Assembly (NCBI GenBank): GCA_965262715.1
Contig: OZ253553.1
Coordinates: 1,984,001-2,048,000 of the forward strand
Direction: 5' to 3'
Length of the DNA: 64,000 nucleotides
Source: Bdellovibrionales bacterium
GTDB lineage: Bacteria; Bdellovibrionota; Bdellovibrionia; Bdellovibrionales; JAUICD01
In this document: piece by piece, positions 51,134 through 60,169 of the stretch
Position numbering within the stretch: the first letter of the stretch is position 1
Layout of the letters: the number at the start of each line of letters is the position of its first letter
The notes under the pieces: generated by a model
Told to the model about the DNA's origin: nothing
What the model saw: only the letters and a program-made list of their open reading frames with translations
The model's database searches: none
Program-made: the position numbers and the translations under genes

Positions 51134-51703
51134 ATGTATGAAACCAATGACTTTAGAAAAGGCTTGAAAGTACTTATAGATAATGAGCCTTATATAGTTA
51201 TAGATTTTCAACACAATAAACAAGGTAGAGGCGGCCAGTTTACCCGAACCAAATTAAAAAACATGATCACAAACATGAACTTAGAAAGGACATTTAAATC
51301 AGGTGAAAAGTTTAGTGTCCCGGATATTGTTTCAAAGGATGTTACTTTTTTATATAAAGATGATAGTGGTTTTCACTTTATGGATAAGAGCAATTATGAA
51401 CAGCACTCTCTAACAGAGGATGAAGTTTCAGATGTTAAGCTTTATTTGGTAGATTCGTTAGATGTCACTATGTTATTTTTTAACGATACACCTATCGGTA
51501 TAGATGTGCCTAATAGTGTTAACCTTACAGTTGCTAAGACTGAACCTGGGATTAAGGGCAATACTGTATCAGGAGGCAGCAAGCCTGCAGTGTTAGAGAC
51601 GGGACTGACTGTTAATGTTCCACTTCACATTAATGTATCTGATGTTTTAAGAGTCAATACCAAAACAGGTGAATACTTGGAAAGAGTCAAGACAAATAAG
51701 TAA
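51134..51703 (+). CDS. efp: Elongation factor P
   Basis: DFRKGLK, RTKLKN, TEPGIKGNT, KPAVLETGL.V.VPL, VNTKTGEY.ERV. Confidence 0.97.
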   Translation: MYETNDFRKGLKVLIDNEPYIVIDFQHNKQGRGGQFTRTKLKNMITNMNLERTFKSGEKFSVPDIVSKDVTFLYKDDSGFHFMDKSNYEQHSLTEDEVSDVKLYLVDSLDVTMLFFNDTPIGIDVPNSVNLTVAKTEPGIKGNTVSGGSKPAVLETGLTVNVPLHINVSDVLRVNTKTGEYLERVKTNK

Positions 51704-51714
51704 TAAGGAAAAAG

Positions 51715-53115
51715 ATGGCTATGTTGGATAATATCATTTTGATGACAGACTCTTACAAAGCCACGCATTGGAAAATGTATCCACCAAAAACATCTAAAGT
51801 GTATTCTTATCTTGAAGCAAGAAAAGGCGGTGAGTGTCCAGAAGTAGTTTTTTTTGGCTTGCAATATTTACTCCAACGTTATCTTGAAGGCAAGCGGGTC
51901 ACTCGTAAAAACATTGATGAGGCTAATACTTTCTTTTTATCTCACTTTGGTCAAAATCTTTTCAATAAGCACGGGTGGGAGTATATTGTTGATGTCCACA
52001 ATGGCAGGCTACCTGTCGAAATCCGCGCTGTACGCGAAGGAACTGTCATCCCTGAGGGGAATGTAGTGCTCACTATTGAAAATACGGATCCCAAATGCGC
52101 ATGGCTTACAAATCACCTAGAAACTCTTTTGGTTCAACTTTGGTATCCCTGCACAGTAGCAACAACTTCTAGACAGCAAAAAAAGATGATTGTTGCAGCA
52201 CTTGAAAAGTCTGGAACACCGAATCTAGCAGATCTTAAACTTCATGATTTTGGTTACCGAGGCTCCTCTTCAACAGAATCAGCTGCTATTGGTGGAGCTG
52301 CTCATTTAATTCACTTTCGAGGAACAGACACCTTAGCTGCTTGTGAATTTGCCATGAAATACTACAACGCTAGTATGCCTGGTATAAGTATTCCTGCTGC
52401 TGAACACAGCACTATCACTGCATGGGGGAAAAATGCAGAATACGATGCCTTTCGACATATACTTGAGGCATACCCCACTGGTTTAATATCCATTGTATCT
52501 GATTCTTGGGATATCCAGAAGGCTTGTAAATTATGGGGAACTGAGTTGAAGGATCATGTGATCCAACGAAATGGGATATTAGTGATTCGTCCAGACTCTG
52601 GTCAGCCAGAAAAGATTGTTCCTGATTGCCTTGATATACTTGGAGAAAAGTTTGGTTATAAAACTAACGATAAAGGCTATAAAGTACTTCCAGATTTTTT
52701 AAGATTGATTCAAGGTGATGGTATCTCCCGCCATACTCTAGGCAGAATTATCGATGCCATTATCCAGAGAGGTTGGTCACTTGACAACGTAGCATTTGGT
52801 TCTGGAGGAGGGCTGCTTCAACTTGTCAATCGTGATACACAGAGGTTTGCAATGAAGTGTTCTTATGTCGTTGTCGATGGTAAACAGCGAGATGTATGTA
52901 AAACACCAACTTCTGATTTAACAAAAAGCAGTAAAAAAGGGCGATTAAAGCTTATCAAAAAAGAAAACTCTAGTGATGGTGATGCCTTAATGAGTTATAA
53001 GACAGTTTCACAGCGCGCTCATGGTCAAGATGAATTGAAAGTTGTCTTTCGAGATGGTGAAATCAAATCTTACATTCATTTTGATCAAGTTCGAGAAACC
53101 GCTAAGGTCGATTAG
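51715..53115 (+). CDS. nadV: Nicotinamide phosphoribosyltransferase (NAMPT)
   Basis: TDSYKATH, LHDFGYRG, IPAAEHSTITAWG, SIVSDSWD, VIRPDSG, IQGDG, FGSGGGLLQ..NRDT. Confidence 0.93.
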   Translation: MAMLDNIILMTDSYKATHWKMYPPKTSKVYSYLEARKGGECPEVVFFGLQYLLQRYLEGKRVTRKNIDEANTFFLSHFGQNLFNKHGWEYIVDVHNGRLPVEIRAVREGTVIPEGNVVLTIENTDPKCAWLTNHLETLLVQLWYPCTVATTSRQQKKMIVAALEKSGTPNLADLKLHDFGYRGSSSTESAAIGGAAHLIHFRGTDTLAACEFAMKYYNASMPGISIPAAEHSTITAWGKNAEYDAFRHILEAYPTGLISIVSDSWDIQKACKLWGTELKDHVIQRNGILVIRPDSGQPEKIVPDCLDILGEKFGYKTNDKGYKVLPDFLRLIQGDGISRHTLGRIIDAIIQRGWSLDNVAFGSGGGLLQLVNRDTQRFAMKCSYVVVDGKQRDVCKTPTSDLTKSSKKGRLKLIKKENSSDGDALMSYKTVSQRAHGQDELKVVFRDGEIKSYIHFDQVRETAKVD

Positions 53116-53500
53116 AATAACCTTATACCAATAAAATCACCTCAATAAAAAAGTGGTTTATTTTTATGTACCTCAGATACATAGGCAATATCTTTTCAAA
53201 GTCATAGATTCCTCCTTTATTAAAACCTGTCAGGGCTCGGGACAAAATTTTTTAGATGCAAAAATTCAGACCAGATTCAGTTGCCAGCCCCAGTTTACCA
53301 GCTTTGCCTGAAACCTGATGTCAGATACCAAAAAAAGCTCAATTTGACAAGAAATAACTTATAATTTCAGTGAGTTATATTGAAACAGCAACAACCTCTG
53401 GTTATGAACCAAAATAAAATATGTATAATATATATCTTGACTGATCTATGGCATGGAAAATACAACAAAACATCGATAGATTTGTTTATAGGGGTGTTAT

Positions 53501-53602
53501 ATGAAAAAACATTTATTCGTCTTTCTTTATATTTTCATTGTCTTTTCTTCTTTTGCAAACAGCCAACAAGAAGCGCCACTCTCAATTGAACAGATTTTTT
53601 GA
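53501..53602 (+). pseudogene. Stub of an exported-protein gene (signal peptide only)
   Basis: GGGGTG RBS followed by MKKHLFVFLYIFIVFSSFANSQQEAPLSIEQIF*; a hairpin element follows within 30 bp. Confidence 0.45.
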
Positions 53603-53631
53603 TGCAATAAACTGATGATCTAAGGATAAAA

Positions 53632-53882
53632 TTTCCTAACATTGTATCAAAAAACGAGGGGTATCTGCTCTACTCAAAATAAACGGATTTTTGAGACAGT
53701 CAGCCTTTTATTAGGGGATACATCCCGTAGCGTGAGCCTTCATACTGACTGTCTAAAAACTGCCAGAGACTCGCTTCGAGAGACCAGATACATTTTAGTG
53801 CAGTTTCCTTAACATCATGTTAAAAAACGAAAAGTATCTCCCTCCTAAAAATGGTCAGAGACCAGTTTATTTTGAGTGAGAC
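53632..53882 (+). repeat. Hairpin element, two units (53632-53802 and 53804-53882)
   Basis: tttcctaacat / tttccttaacatcatgttaa starts; gacagtcag/ctgactgtc stem; the first unit's left arm actcaaaataaac pairs with the terminal gtttattttgagt. Confidence 0.85.
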
Positions 53883-54083
53883 TGGTGGACACTGTCGCAA
53901 CCAATTCGAACCCTTTCAGAAATAGATTTTGAGTTTTGTTGTCAAAGCCGAGAACTCTTTAAATATCAAGAAATTGCCCCAGTAGTTAAAAAATTGATCC
54001 AACTTGGTATGAATGATCGTCAGATTGCCTTACAAGTTGGAGTTGATCCTAAAATGGTAAAGAAAGTAAAGTTATATTTATAG
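53883..54083 (+). other. Putative att junction with a start-less 66-codon HTH-like reading frame (left boundary of the defence island)
   Basis: TGGTGGA (reverse complement TCCACCA) opens WWTLSQPIRTLSEIDFEF...KYQEIAPVVKKLIQLGMNDRQIALQVGVDPKMVKKV...*; in-frame TGA two codons upstream. Confidence 0.6.
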
Positions 54084-54244
54084 CTTATGACACTATGTAT
54101 TATTGAGACGTTTAAACAAGGAGTTACACGATTTAAATTACAATCTCTTTTAAAGTATATCTTTAGACGAAGTCTTTTTACAAGATACCTGATATTTTGA
54201 AATTCAAATATCCAAGCTTAACTAAACACCTTTGGCAAGTCTTT

Positions 54245-56272
54245 TTAAGATGAAATATTGGACATGTTTTTTACTTCAGTAGATATTTTCTTGCATTCAT
54301 CTCCTGTTAGAGTCGTTCCGGATATAAAATCCTCTTTTAAGTGAGAAAGATATTGAGAAAGACTTTGAGTTTTTGTTTGCCCATGTATGCAACGTTTTGT
54401 TGAATAGCTTAAAATACAACAGACCTTAGCTCTTGTTATCCCTACAAAAAGCATCCTTGCACCTTCCCTCTGCAACTTATCATTTACTTTTTGTCTCTCA
54501 TCAGGCAATACTCCATTCTCCAACCCAGGTATAAAAACAATATCACTTGATAGGCCTTTACATCCATGTAAGCTCATAATTTTTACTGCTTCTCTTTCCT
54601 CCATTTTTTCTACTGGTATTTCAAGCCTCTTATAAATGGATTTAATCACTATTTCTCTATTTTTAAAGTTATCGGTTCTTATGTAGTCTTTTAATTCCTG
54701 AAGAGTTGCTTGCTCAGGGATGTCCTTTAGAAATTCACATAAGGATTTTTTATCTTCACTGTCAATAGGGTTTATTAATTTTATAATGTTATCTTTCCTT
54801 ACTTTAATCGTATCGGTATTTTGCCAATCAGCAATTCTTTTTAATTCTTGACGAATTTCTTGAATCACTTTTTTGGCTTTTTTATTGAAAATTTCAAGTG
54901 AACTATCTTCAAAAACTTTTCTAAAATTCAGTGGAGAAGAGATAATTTTATTAACTATATGGTTAATAGTTTGTGGGCCCACTCCATTTTTAATTTTAAG
55001 AATAGATCTAAGTGCAATATAATCATCTTGTCTTTCATAAGGTAGTCCAATTAATCTGATCCAAGCCAGAAGTGTTCGACCGATTTTTGTATCTCGAAAA
55101 TTTTCTTCTTTAAGTAATTCACATCTTATTCCCAGTATATCAAGAAATCCTTTAATCTTAGGAAACTGCACTGGTCTATTCTTTAACAATATAAAAATTG
55201 AATTATAAGACAAACCAGCTTCTTTGAGTTTTTTACATGACTTTGCTATAGCTTCAGCCTCTTTTGTATATCCTCTAAATTTCCAGTATTTGGTTACCCC
55301 ATCTATTTTTGGATTAGAATTTTTGCACATTGAAATATATTCTTTCTTTATTCGTTTTTCACCTCCATATCTTTCAATCAAATCAATAGCAAGTTCTAAA
55401 ATAAAAGGAGGGCACCTAAAGCAATGAGAAAGAAAATATGTTTTTGAAGAAGGGTACTTTTTATCAAAATCTTGTATACCTATAGGTGATGCATGCCGAA
55501 AGCTATAAATACTTTGATCATCATCCCCGGCAACAAAAATTTTAATACCTGACTGAATAATTAATTCAACAAATTTTAAATCCATCGGATTTAGATCTTG
55601 AAACTCGTCAATAATTAAATAAGTAATATTTGTAAAAGATAAAATATTTCTTGAAGAATCTTTTTCAATTTCTTTTACACATGATCTAATTATTTCACCT
55701 GGTAAAATTGCTGCATACAAATTTGTTCTGGATTTATAAAATCTGTCAAAATCTTCTATTTCTTCTTTAGATATAATATTTTCTTCAGGAACAAGCTCGC
55801 TATTTGTTGCCCATATAGACTCATGGTGCTTCCTCATTTCAGCAGCACGTTTTTTATTACAATTTTTTGATATAGAAAATTCCAAATCAAAAATATTTTC
55901 TATTTCCCATTCATCTAATACTAAAGGATCAACTGGAAATTTACTTAATTTCCCTGAAGATTTAAGAATTTTTAAAGCAAGTGAGTGAAGTGTTGAAACA
56001 TTAATATCATCTATATTCATTATACTATTACAATTTTTACAGTATTTATAGATACGTCTCTTTAAATCATTAGCAGATGCACGGGTATAAGATATTACAA
56101 AAATATTTTTAGGTTTAGCTCCCTGGTTTAGCAAATGTGAAACTCTTTGCTCTATAACTTTTGACTTTCCCGTTCCAGGTCCAGCAATCAAGCGAATTAA
56201 CGAAGAGCTATCCTGAGCAGCTTTAGCCTGGTTTTCTTCAGCTTCTTCGCATTCTTGAGGATCAAACCCCAC
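54245..56272 (-). CDS. UvrD/Rep-family SF1 helicase (island-borne)
   Basis: LIAGPGTGKS, VSTLHS, IIDEFQD, AGDDDQSIYSFR, MSLHGCKGL, FVGITRAK. Confidence 0.92.
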   Translation of the reverse strand: MGFDPQECEEAEENQAKAAQDSSSLIRLIAGPGTGKSKVIEQRVSHLLNQGAKPKNIFVISYTRASANDLKRRIYKYCKNCNSIMNIDDINVSTLHSLALKILKSSGKLSKFPVDPLVLDEWEIENIFDLEFSISKNCNKKRAAEMRKHHESIWATNSELVPEENIISKEEIEDFDRFYKSRTNLYAAILPGEIIRSCVKEIEKDSSRNILSFTNITYLIIDEFQDLNPMDLKFVELIIQSGIKIFVAGDDDQSIYSFRHASPIGIQDFDKKYPSSKTYFLSHCFRCPPFILELAIDLIERYGGEKRIKKEYISMCKNSNPKIDGVTKYWKFRGYTKEAEAIAKSCKKLKEAGLSYNSIFILLKNRPVQFPKIKGFLDILGIRCELLKEENFRDTKIGRTLLAWIRLIGLPYERQDDYIALRSILKIKNGVGPQTINHIVNKIISSPLNFRKVFEDSSLEIFNKKAKKVIQEIRQELKRIADWQNTDTIKVRKDNIIKLINPIDSEDKKSLCEFLKDIPEQATLQELKDYIRTDNFKNREIVIKSIYKRLEIPVEKMEEREAVKIMSLHGCKGLSSDIVFIPGLENGVLPDERQKVNDKLQREGARMLFVGITRAKVCCILSYSTKRCIHGQTKTQSLSQYLSHLKEDFISGTTLTGDECKKISTEVKNMSNISS

Positions 56273-56376
56273 TTTTATTTCTCCTGTTAAATCAGAGTTA
56301 GAAGGTCTATTTTAAAAAAAATATTATTCAATTATAAGAAGTAATTTGTAAGTTACTTCAATATAACTTATAAAAC

Positions 56377-59300
56377 CTATTTTTCAAGTTCTTGTTGAAG
56401 TTTTTCAACTTCTGGGCACCCCATTTGAGCTAATAACTCAAACATTTCTTTAAAAGATTCTTTATTTTTTAAGTCGCCTTTTAGTCTTTTAATAAAGTAT
56501 TTAGCGATCTTTTCAAGTTCATAAAAATCATAAGTTGAGGATTCTCTTTTTCTATCTTTTAAAAGATGTTTAAAAAGTTTTAATGTGAGTTGAGGATATT
56601 TTTGGATTGGATTATATTCTTCGGTATCATGTGTTAGTCTATATGAAATAAGTGAGATATCTACTTCTGAACAATTTTTCCATTGAAGGATCAAATCGAT
56701 AGCCTCTTCATAATCCTGCTTATCAGTTAAAACTAGAGATAATCGTACTAAATTACTTTTTTCTTTGTTGTTTAAAGGTTTCGGTCTTCCGTATGTTCTT
56801 TCTTCCAAGTATTTTTTTATCCATCTTCTCCAAGATTTTGATCTCATTTCTGGTTTTGTATCTTTGAGTTGATTTGAGAGAATATAAGCAAAACTTTCAA
56901 GAGATTTTTCTGAAGCTTCTTGAATAAAATTGAAAAGCCATCCATTATCTAGAGGGGGTTTTTCTGCATATAGAGATAAAGCTGCTATGTAGTCAATAAA
57001 TCTTTCTTGTATTCTATCTTCAAAAACTTGAAGTCGATCAAATAATTTTTCAAATAATGGACGCATTTGAATAAAAAATTCATTAGACCATCTGCATGAA
57101 TAAAGATAACCTTCCCAAAAATGTTGAAATTTTTCATTTTTTTCTATATCAAAATATGGAATAATTTCTTTTTGTACCCACTCTTTTTCTATGGAATATA
57201 AAAAATAGATTTGCTCTGCTATAATGATTTGTCCTAATTCACCTTTATAAGAACTTTCTTTGAGTATAAGCTCTAAATTGTTTTTAATTCTTTGAGGTAT
57301 TTGTCTTTTATTTGATTTTTTTACAATTATAGCAAGTATATGATGCCAAAATTTAGATAATTTTCCTGCTTTACTATTTACAGAGGAAAACATCCAGTCA
57401 ATTTTTGCTTCTTTGTTTTCTTTAGAAAAAATAGATTCTTTTTTTATGATTTCTGCTTCATAACAATCAGTTTTGTCTTCCACTTTCCAAAGCTTTTCTG
57501 CTAAATCCATAGCATGATCTAACTCAGAAAATGGTATAAAATTCTTGTCTTTTTTAATTCCTTCCAAAAGTAGATCTGATGAATAATAAGCAGAATTTTT
57601 AAGAATAAAATGATGATCTGTAAGATAAGATAACACTGTTTGCCACTGTTTCTCATTTAAGTTAGAGTCTGCCCAGCCTTGTAAAATACTACTCCATAAG
57701 TCAGTTGTTTGATGAGATTTGTCAGTCAATAAATTGCAAAGCTTTAAACTCCAATCAAAATTACGAACTATGGCTTTTTGAATACTAGAAAGCAATGACC
57801 ATCTAGCATTAAAACGCTCGTCCCACTTTAGAAGTTTTTCTAAATGTTCTTCTAGATTCATTTGAAGTAAATCATCTACAGAATAAAGTGGCTTTCCAAA
57901 ACCCATCCTTATTGCAGAAGATCCTATTTTATGCCTAAAAGAAAAATCAACAGGCGGTACAAACTGATAATCTAATGATTCATCTTTTAATCTATCGATA
58001 GCATTATCAATTAAATTGCAGTCTGAAGATGATTCTTTTAAAAAGTACAGATATCTAAGGGCTTCAGGTTTGCTCTTAAAAGGCAATGATTTTATAAGAT
58101 TTATAAGTAAGACTTTATCATTCTTATCATTAGTGTTCAAATAAATCTCTTTCATTAATCTACAAAGCTCATGATATAAATAAATATCATTCATTAATTT
58201 ATTTTTTTCAAGCCAAGCAAGCTTTTGTGAAGGTGTATAACATTTTGTTTCTCCCATAGCAAAAACAGCAAATCGTTTAAGCCATATCACATCTAAATCA
58301 ATCCATTTTAAAGCCGTTTCAGTGAGATGTTTTGAATTTAATGATATCCATTCTATAACATCAGAGAAAACATCTAAGATAAAATGAAGTTCTTGATTAT
58401 CTGAAGTGTTTTTGTTATTTTTATGATGTCTTTCAATAGCAGGTCTTTTATTTGAAATTAAATCAGTTACTTTTGAATCTTTTTGGAAGAGATGATAAAA
58501 GTCATGTACTTCTCTGATATATTCTTGTAAAACATAAAACAACTCCTCTCCAAAAATATCTAGTTTATTTTTAAATAATTCATTCCAAATATTTATGATA
58601 TACATCTTATCTTGAATATTTAAAGAAAAAGCTATGTTTATTTTTTGACCTTGAAGAGTATGTATCATGTCTAACTCTTTTTTATCTTTTAATTTCTTTT
58701 TTATTTCTTCGAAATATTCATACATCTCAGATTTCATGATTTTTAACTTAGGTTTTAGCAAAAAAATAAATATCTTAAATGTTATTTTTTGAATATTTAG
58801 ATCTTGTGAGAATTTATATTCATCAAGAATATACAAAAGTAAATCGTTATTATTTCTGTCCGTAGCTTTATCTATCAAAAATGTGATCCAGAATTCTAGA
58901 ATATTGATATTTTCAGTTTTGGAGAAACTTTCATGTTTTTTTCGTATTGTACATGCAAGTTTATCCCAAAATATAGGCTGAATGTTTTGATTGTATTTTT
59001 CAATAATTTCAATTAGATATTTATGATGTTCAGTTATAAATTGATCTGTCAACCAGTCAGCAAGATATTGAGTTGATGAGAATTCCTTTATTTGGGAGTT
59101 TGAGTCAAATATATCCCTTAACAATCCTTTTTCATCTGTCCATTTTATCCACTCAGACTTATTTGCATATTTTATAAAATACTTTACACATTGTTGGTCT
59201 TGAATTCTATTTAAAATGTAGTCAGCTTCTTCTTTATCTATTGGAGGCATTGCAGATGCAATCTCTCTAATTTTTCTTTCATGCTCAAAAATTCCTCTAG

Positions 59301-60072
59301 ATAGATGGTCACTCCATTCTTTGACTCCTAAAATCAATTCTAAGTGATTTTTTTCTCCATTAGGATAAGTGATAGGAGTAAGTCCCAGTCGATTCCAATC
59401 TTTGTTTTTTTCATCTTCATTTTCAGGAATTAGGATAAACCTCGGACCTTTTGGAAGACCTCTTGATAAATAATCCATCAGCACATCATTATAACTATAA
59501 CCGATAAATAAGACTGTATTATGAAGCAGCATATCTTTGACAAACTTAGTAGCCCAGTCATCCAAAAAATAAGCTTGTGAGAAATCTTTATCTGTAAGAA
59601 CTAGACTCTTAAGATCCTTTTTGATCGATCCATGTAGATAAACCAATCCATTAAAACTTTTTCCTAAAGGCAATGCAGGGGCATAATAAGTTTCAGCCTT
59701 TAACTGATGTTTTTCTAAGGCAGATGAAAAATGAGTGTCAAAATTTGTTGTCACCAATCGTACTTTGTCTTTATGAAATAACTGTAAAAGGGAACTATGC
59801 AATCGATTAGATGTTTTTGAGGAAAATATGTCATAAGTAAGTTTTCTAATGTTTATTTCTAAAGCCTCCATTCTTCCCAGAACTTGTTCATAAGGTGGTT
59901 TGACTTGACTTTGAAATGGCGTGTTTTCTGCAAGTCTTTCGGTGAGTTCTTCCAAATCTGGAAGGTTAGAAGGATCTGCCTTTGACACACCTGCACCAGC
60001 AAAAATGACGAGAGAGCCGTCTTGTTGAGCATTTATAAGTTCTATTGGAATATCAATTTCTTTAAACAACAT
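56377..60072 (-). CDS. SIR2-domain protein with a long helical C-terminus (Dsr1/DUF4020-like NADase defence protein)
   Basis: VIFAGAGVS, TTNFD, VYLHGS, LVLTDKDF..AY, VLFIGYS; 1231 aa. Confidence 0.85.
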   Translation of the reverse strand: MLFKEIDIPIELINAQQDGSLVIFAGAGVSKADPSNLPDLEELTERLAENTPFQSQVKPPYEQVLGRMEALEINIRKLTYDIFSSKTSNRLHSSLLQLFHKDKVRLVTTNFDTHFSSALEKHQLKAETYYAPALPLGKSFNGLVYLHGSIKKDLKSLVLTDKDFSQAYFLDDWATKFVKDMLLHNTVLFIGYSYNDVLMDYLSRGLPKGPRFILIPENEDEKNKDWNRLGLTPITYPNGEKNHLELILGVKEWSDHLSRGIFEHERKIREIASAMPPIDKEEADYILNRIQDQQCVKYFIKYANKSEWIKWTDEKGLLRDIFDSNSQIKEFSSTQYLADWLTDQFITEHHKYLIEIIEKYNQNIQPIFWDKLACTIRKKHESFSKTENINILEFWITFLIDKATDRNNNDLLLYILDEYKFSQDLNIQKITFKIFIFLLKPKLKIMKSEMYEYFEEIKKKLKDKKELDMIHTLQGQKINIAFSLNIQDKMYIINIWNELFKNKLDIFGEELFYVLQEYIREVHDFYHLFQKDSKVTDLISNKRPAIERHHKNNKNTSDNQELHFILDVFSDVIEWISLNSKHLTETALKWIDLDVIWLKRFAVFAMGETKCYTPSQKLAWLEKNKLMNDIYLYHELCRLMKEIYLNTNDKNDKVLLINLIKSLPFKSKPEALRYLYFLKESSSDCNLIDNAIDRLKDESLDYQFVPPVDFSFRHKIGSSAIRMGFGKPLYSVDDLLQMNLEEHLEKLLKWDERFNARWSLLSSIQKAIVRNFDWSLKLCNLLTDKSHQTTDLWSSILQGWADSNLNEKQWQTVLSYLTDHHFILKNSAYYSSDLLLEGIKKDKNFIPFSELDHAMDLAEKLWKVEDKTDCYEAEIIKKESIFSKENKEAKIDWMFSSVNSKAGKLSKFWHHILAIIVKKSNKRQIPQRIKNNLELILKESSYKGELGQIIIAEQIYFLYSIEKEWVQKEIIPYFDIEKNEKFQHFWEGYLYSCRWSNEFFIQMRPLFEKLFDRLQVFEDRIQERFIDYIAALSLYAEKPPLDNGWLFNFIQEASEKSLESFAYILSNQLKDTKPEMRSKSWRRWIKKYLEERTYGRPKPLNNKEKSNLVRLSLVLTDKQDYEEAIDLILQWKNCSEVDISLISYRLTHDTEEYNPIQKYPQLTLKLFKHLLKDRKRESSTYDFYELEKIAKYFIKRLKGDLKNKESFKEMFELLAQMGCPEVEKLQQELEK

Positions 60073-60169
60073 ATTATTTTAGTAAATCCACTTGAACTTG
60101 AACTGTTAATAACGACTTTTTATATTAGGTTAATTAGAATTCTTTTAAATTTTTTCATTTTTTTAATCT

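Noticed and set aside
53883..53912. Intact tRNA or tmRNA gene at the island boundary
   Set aside because: Only TCCACCA and a GGTTCGAA-like word are present; no acceptor or T-stem pairing can be formed.
54245..56272. Gabija (GajB) call for the UvrD helicase
   Set aside because: No adjacent OLD/TOPRIM ATPase-nuclease (GajA).
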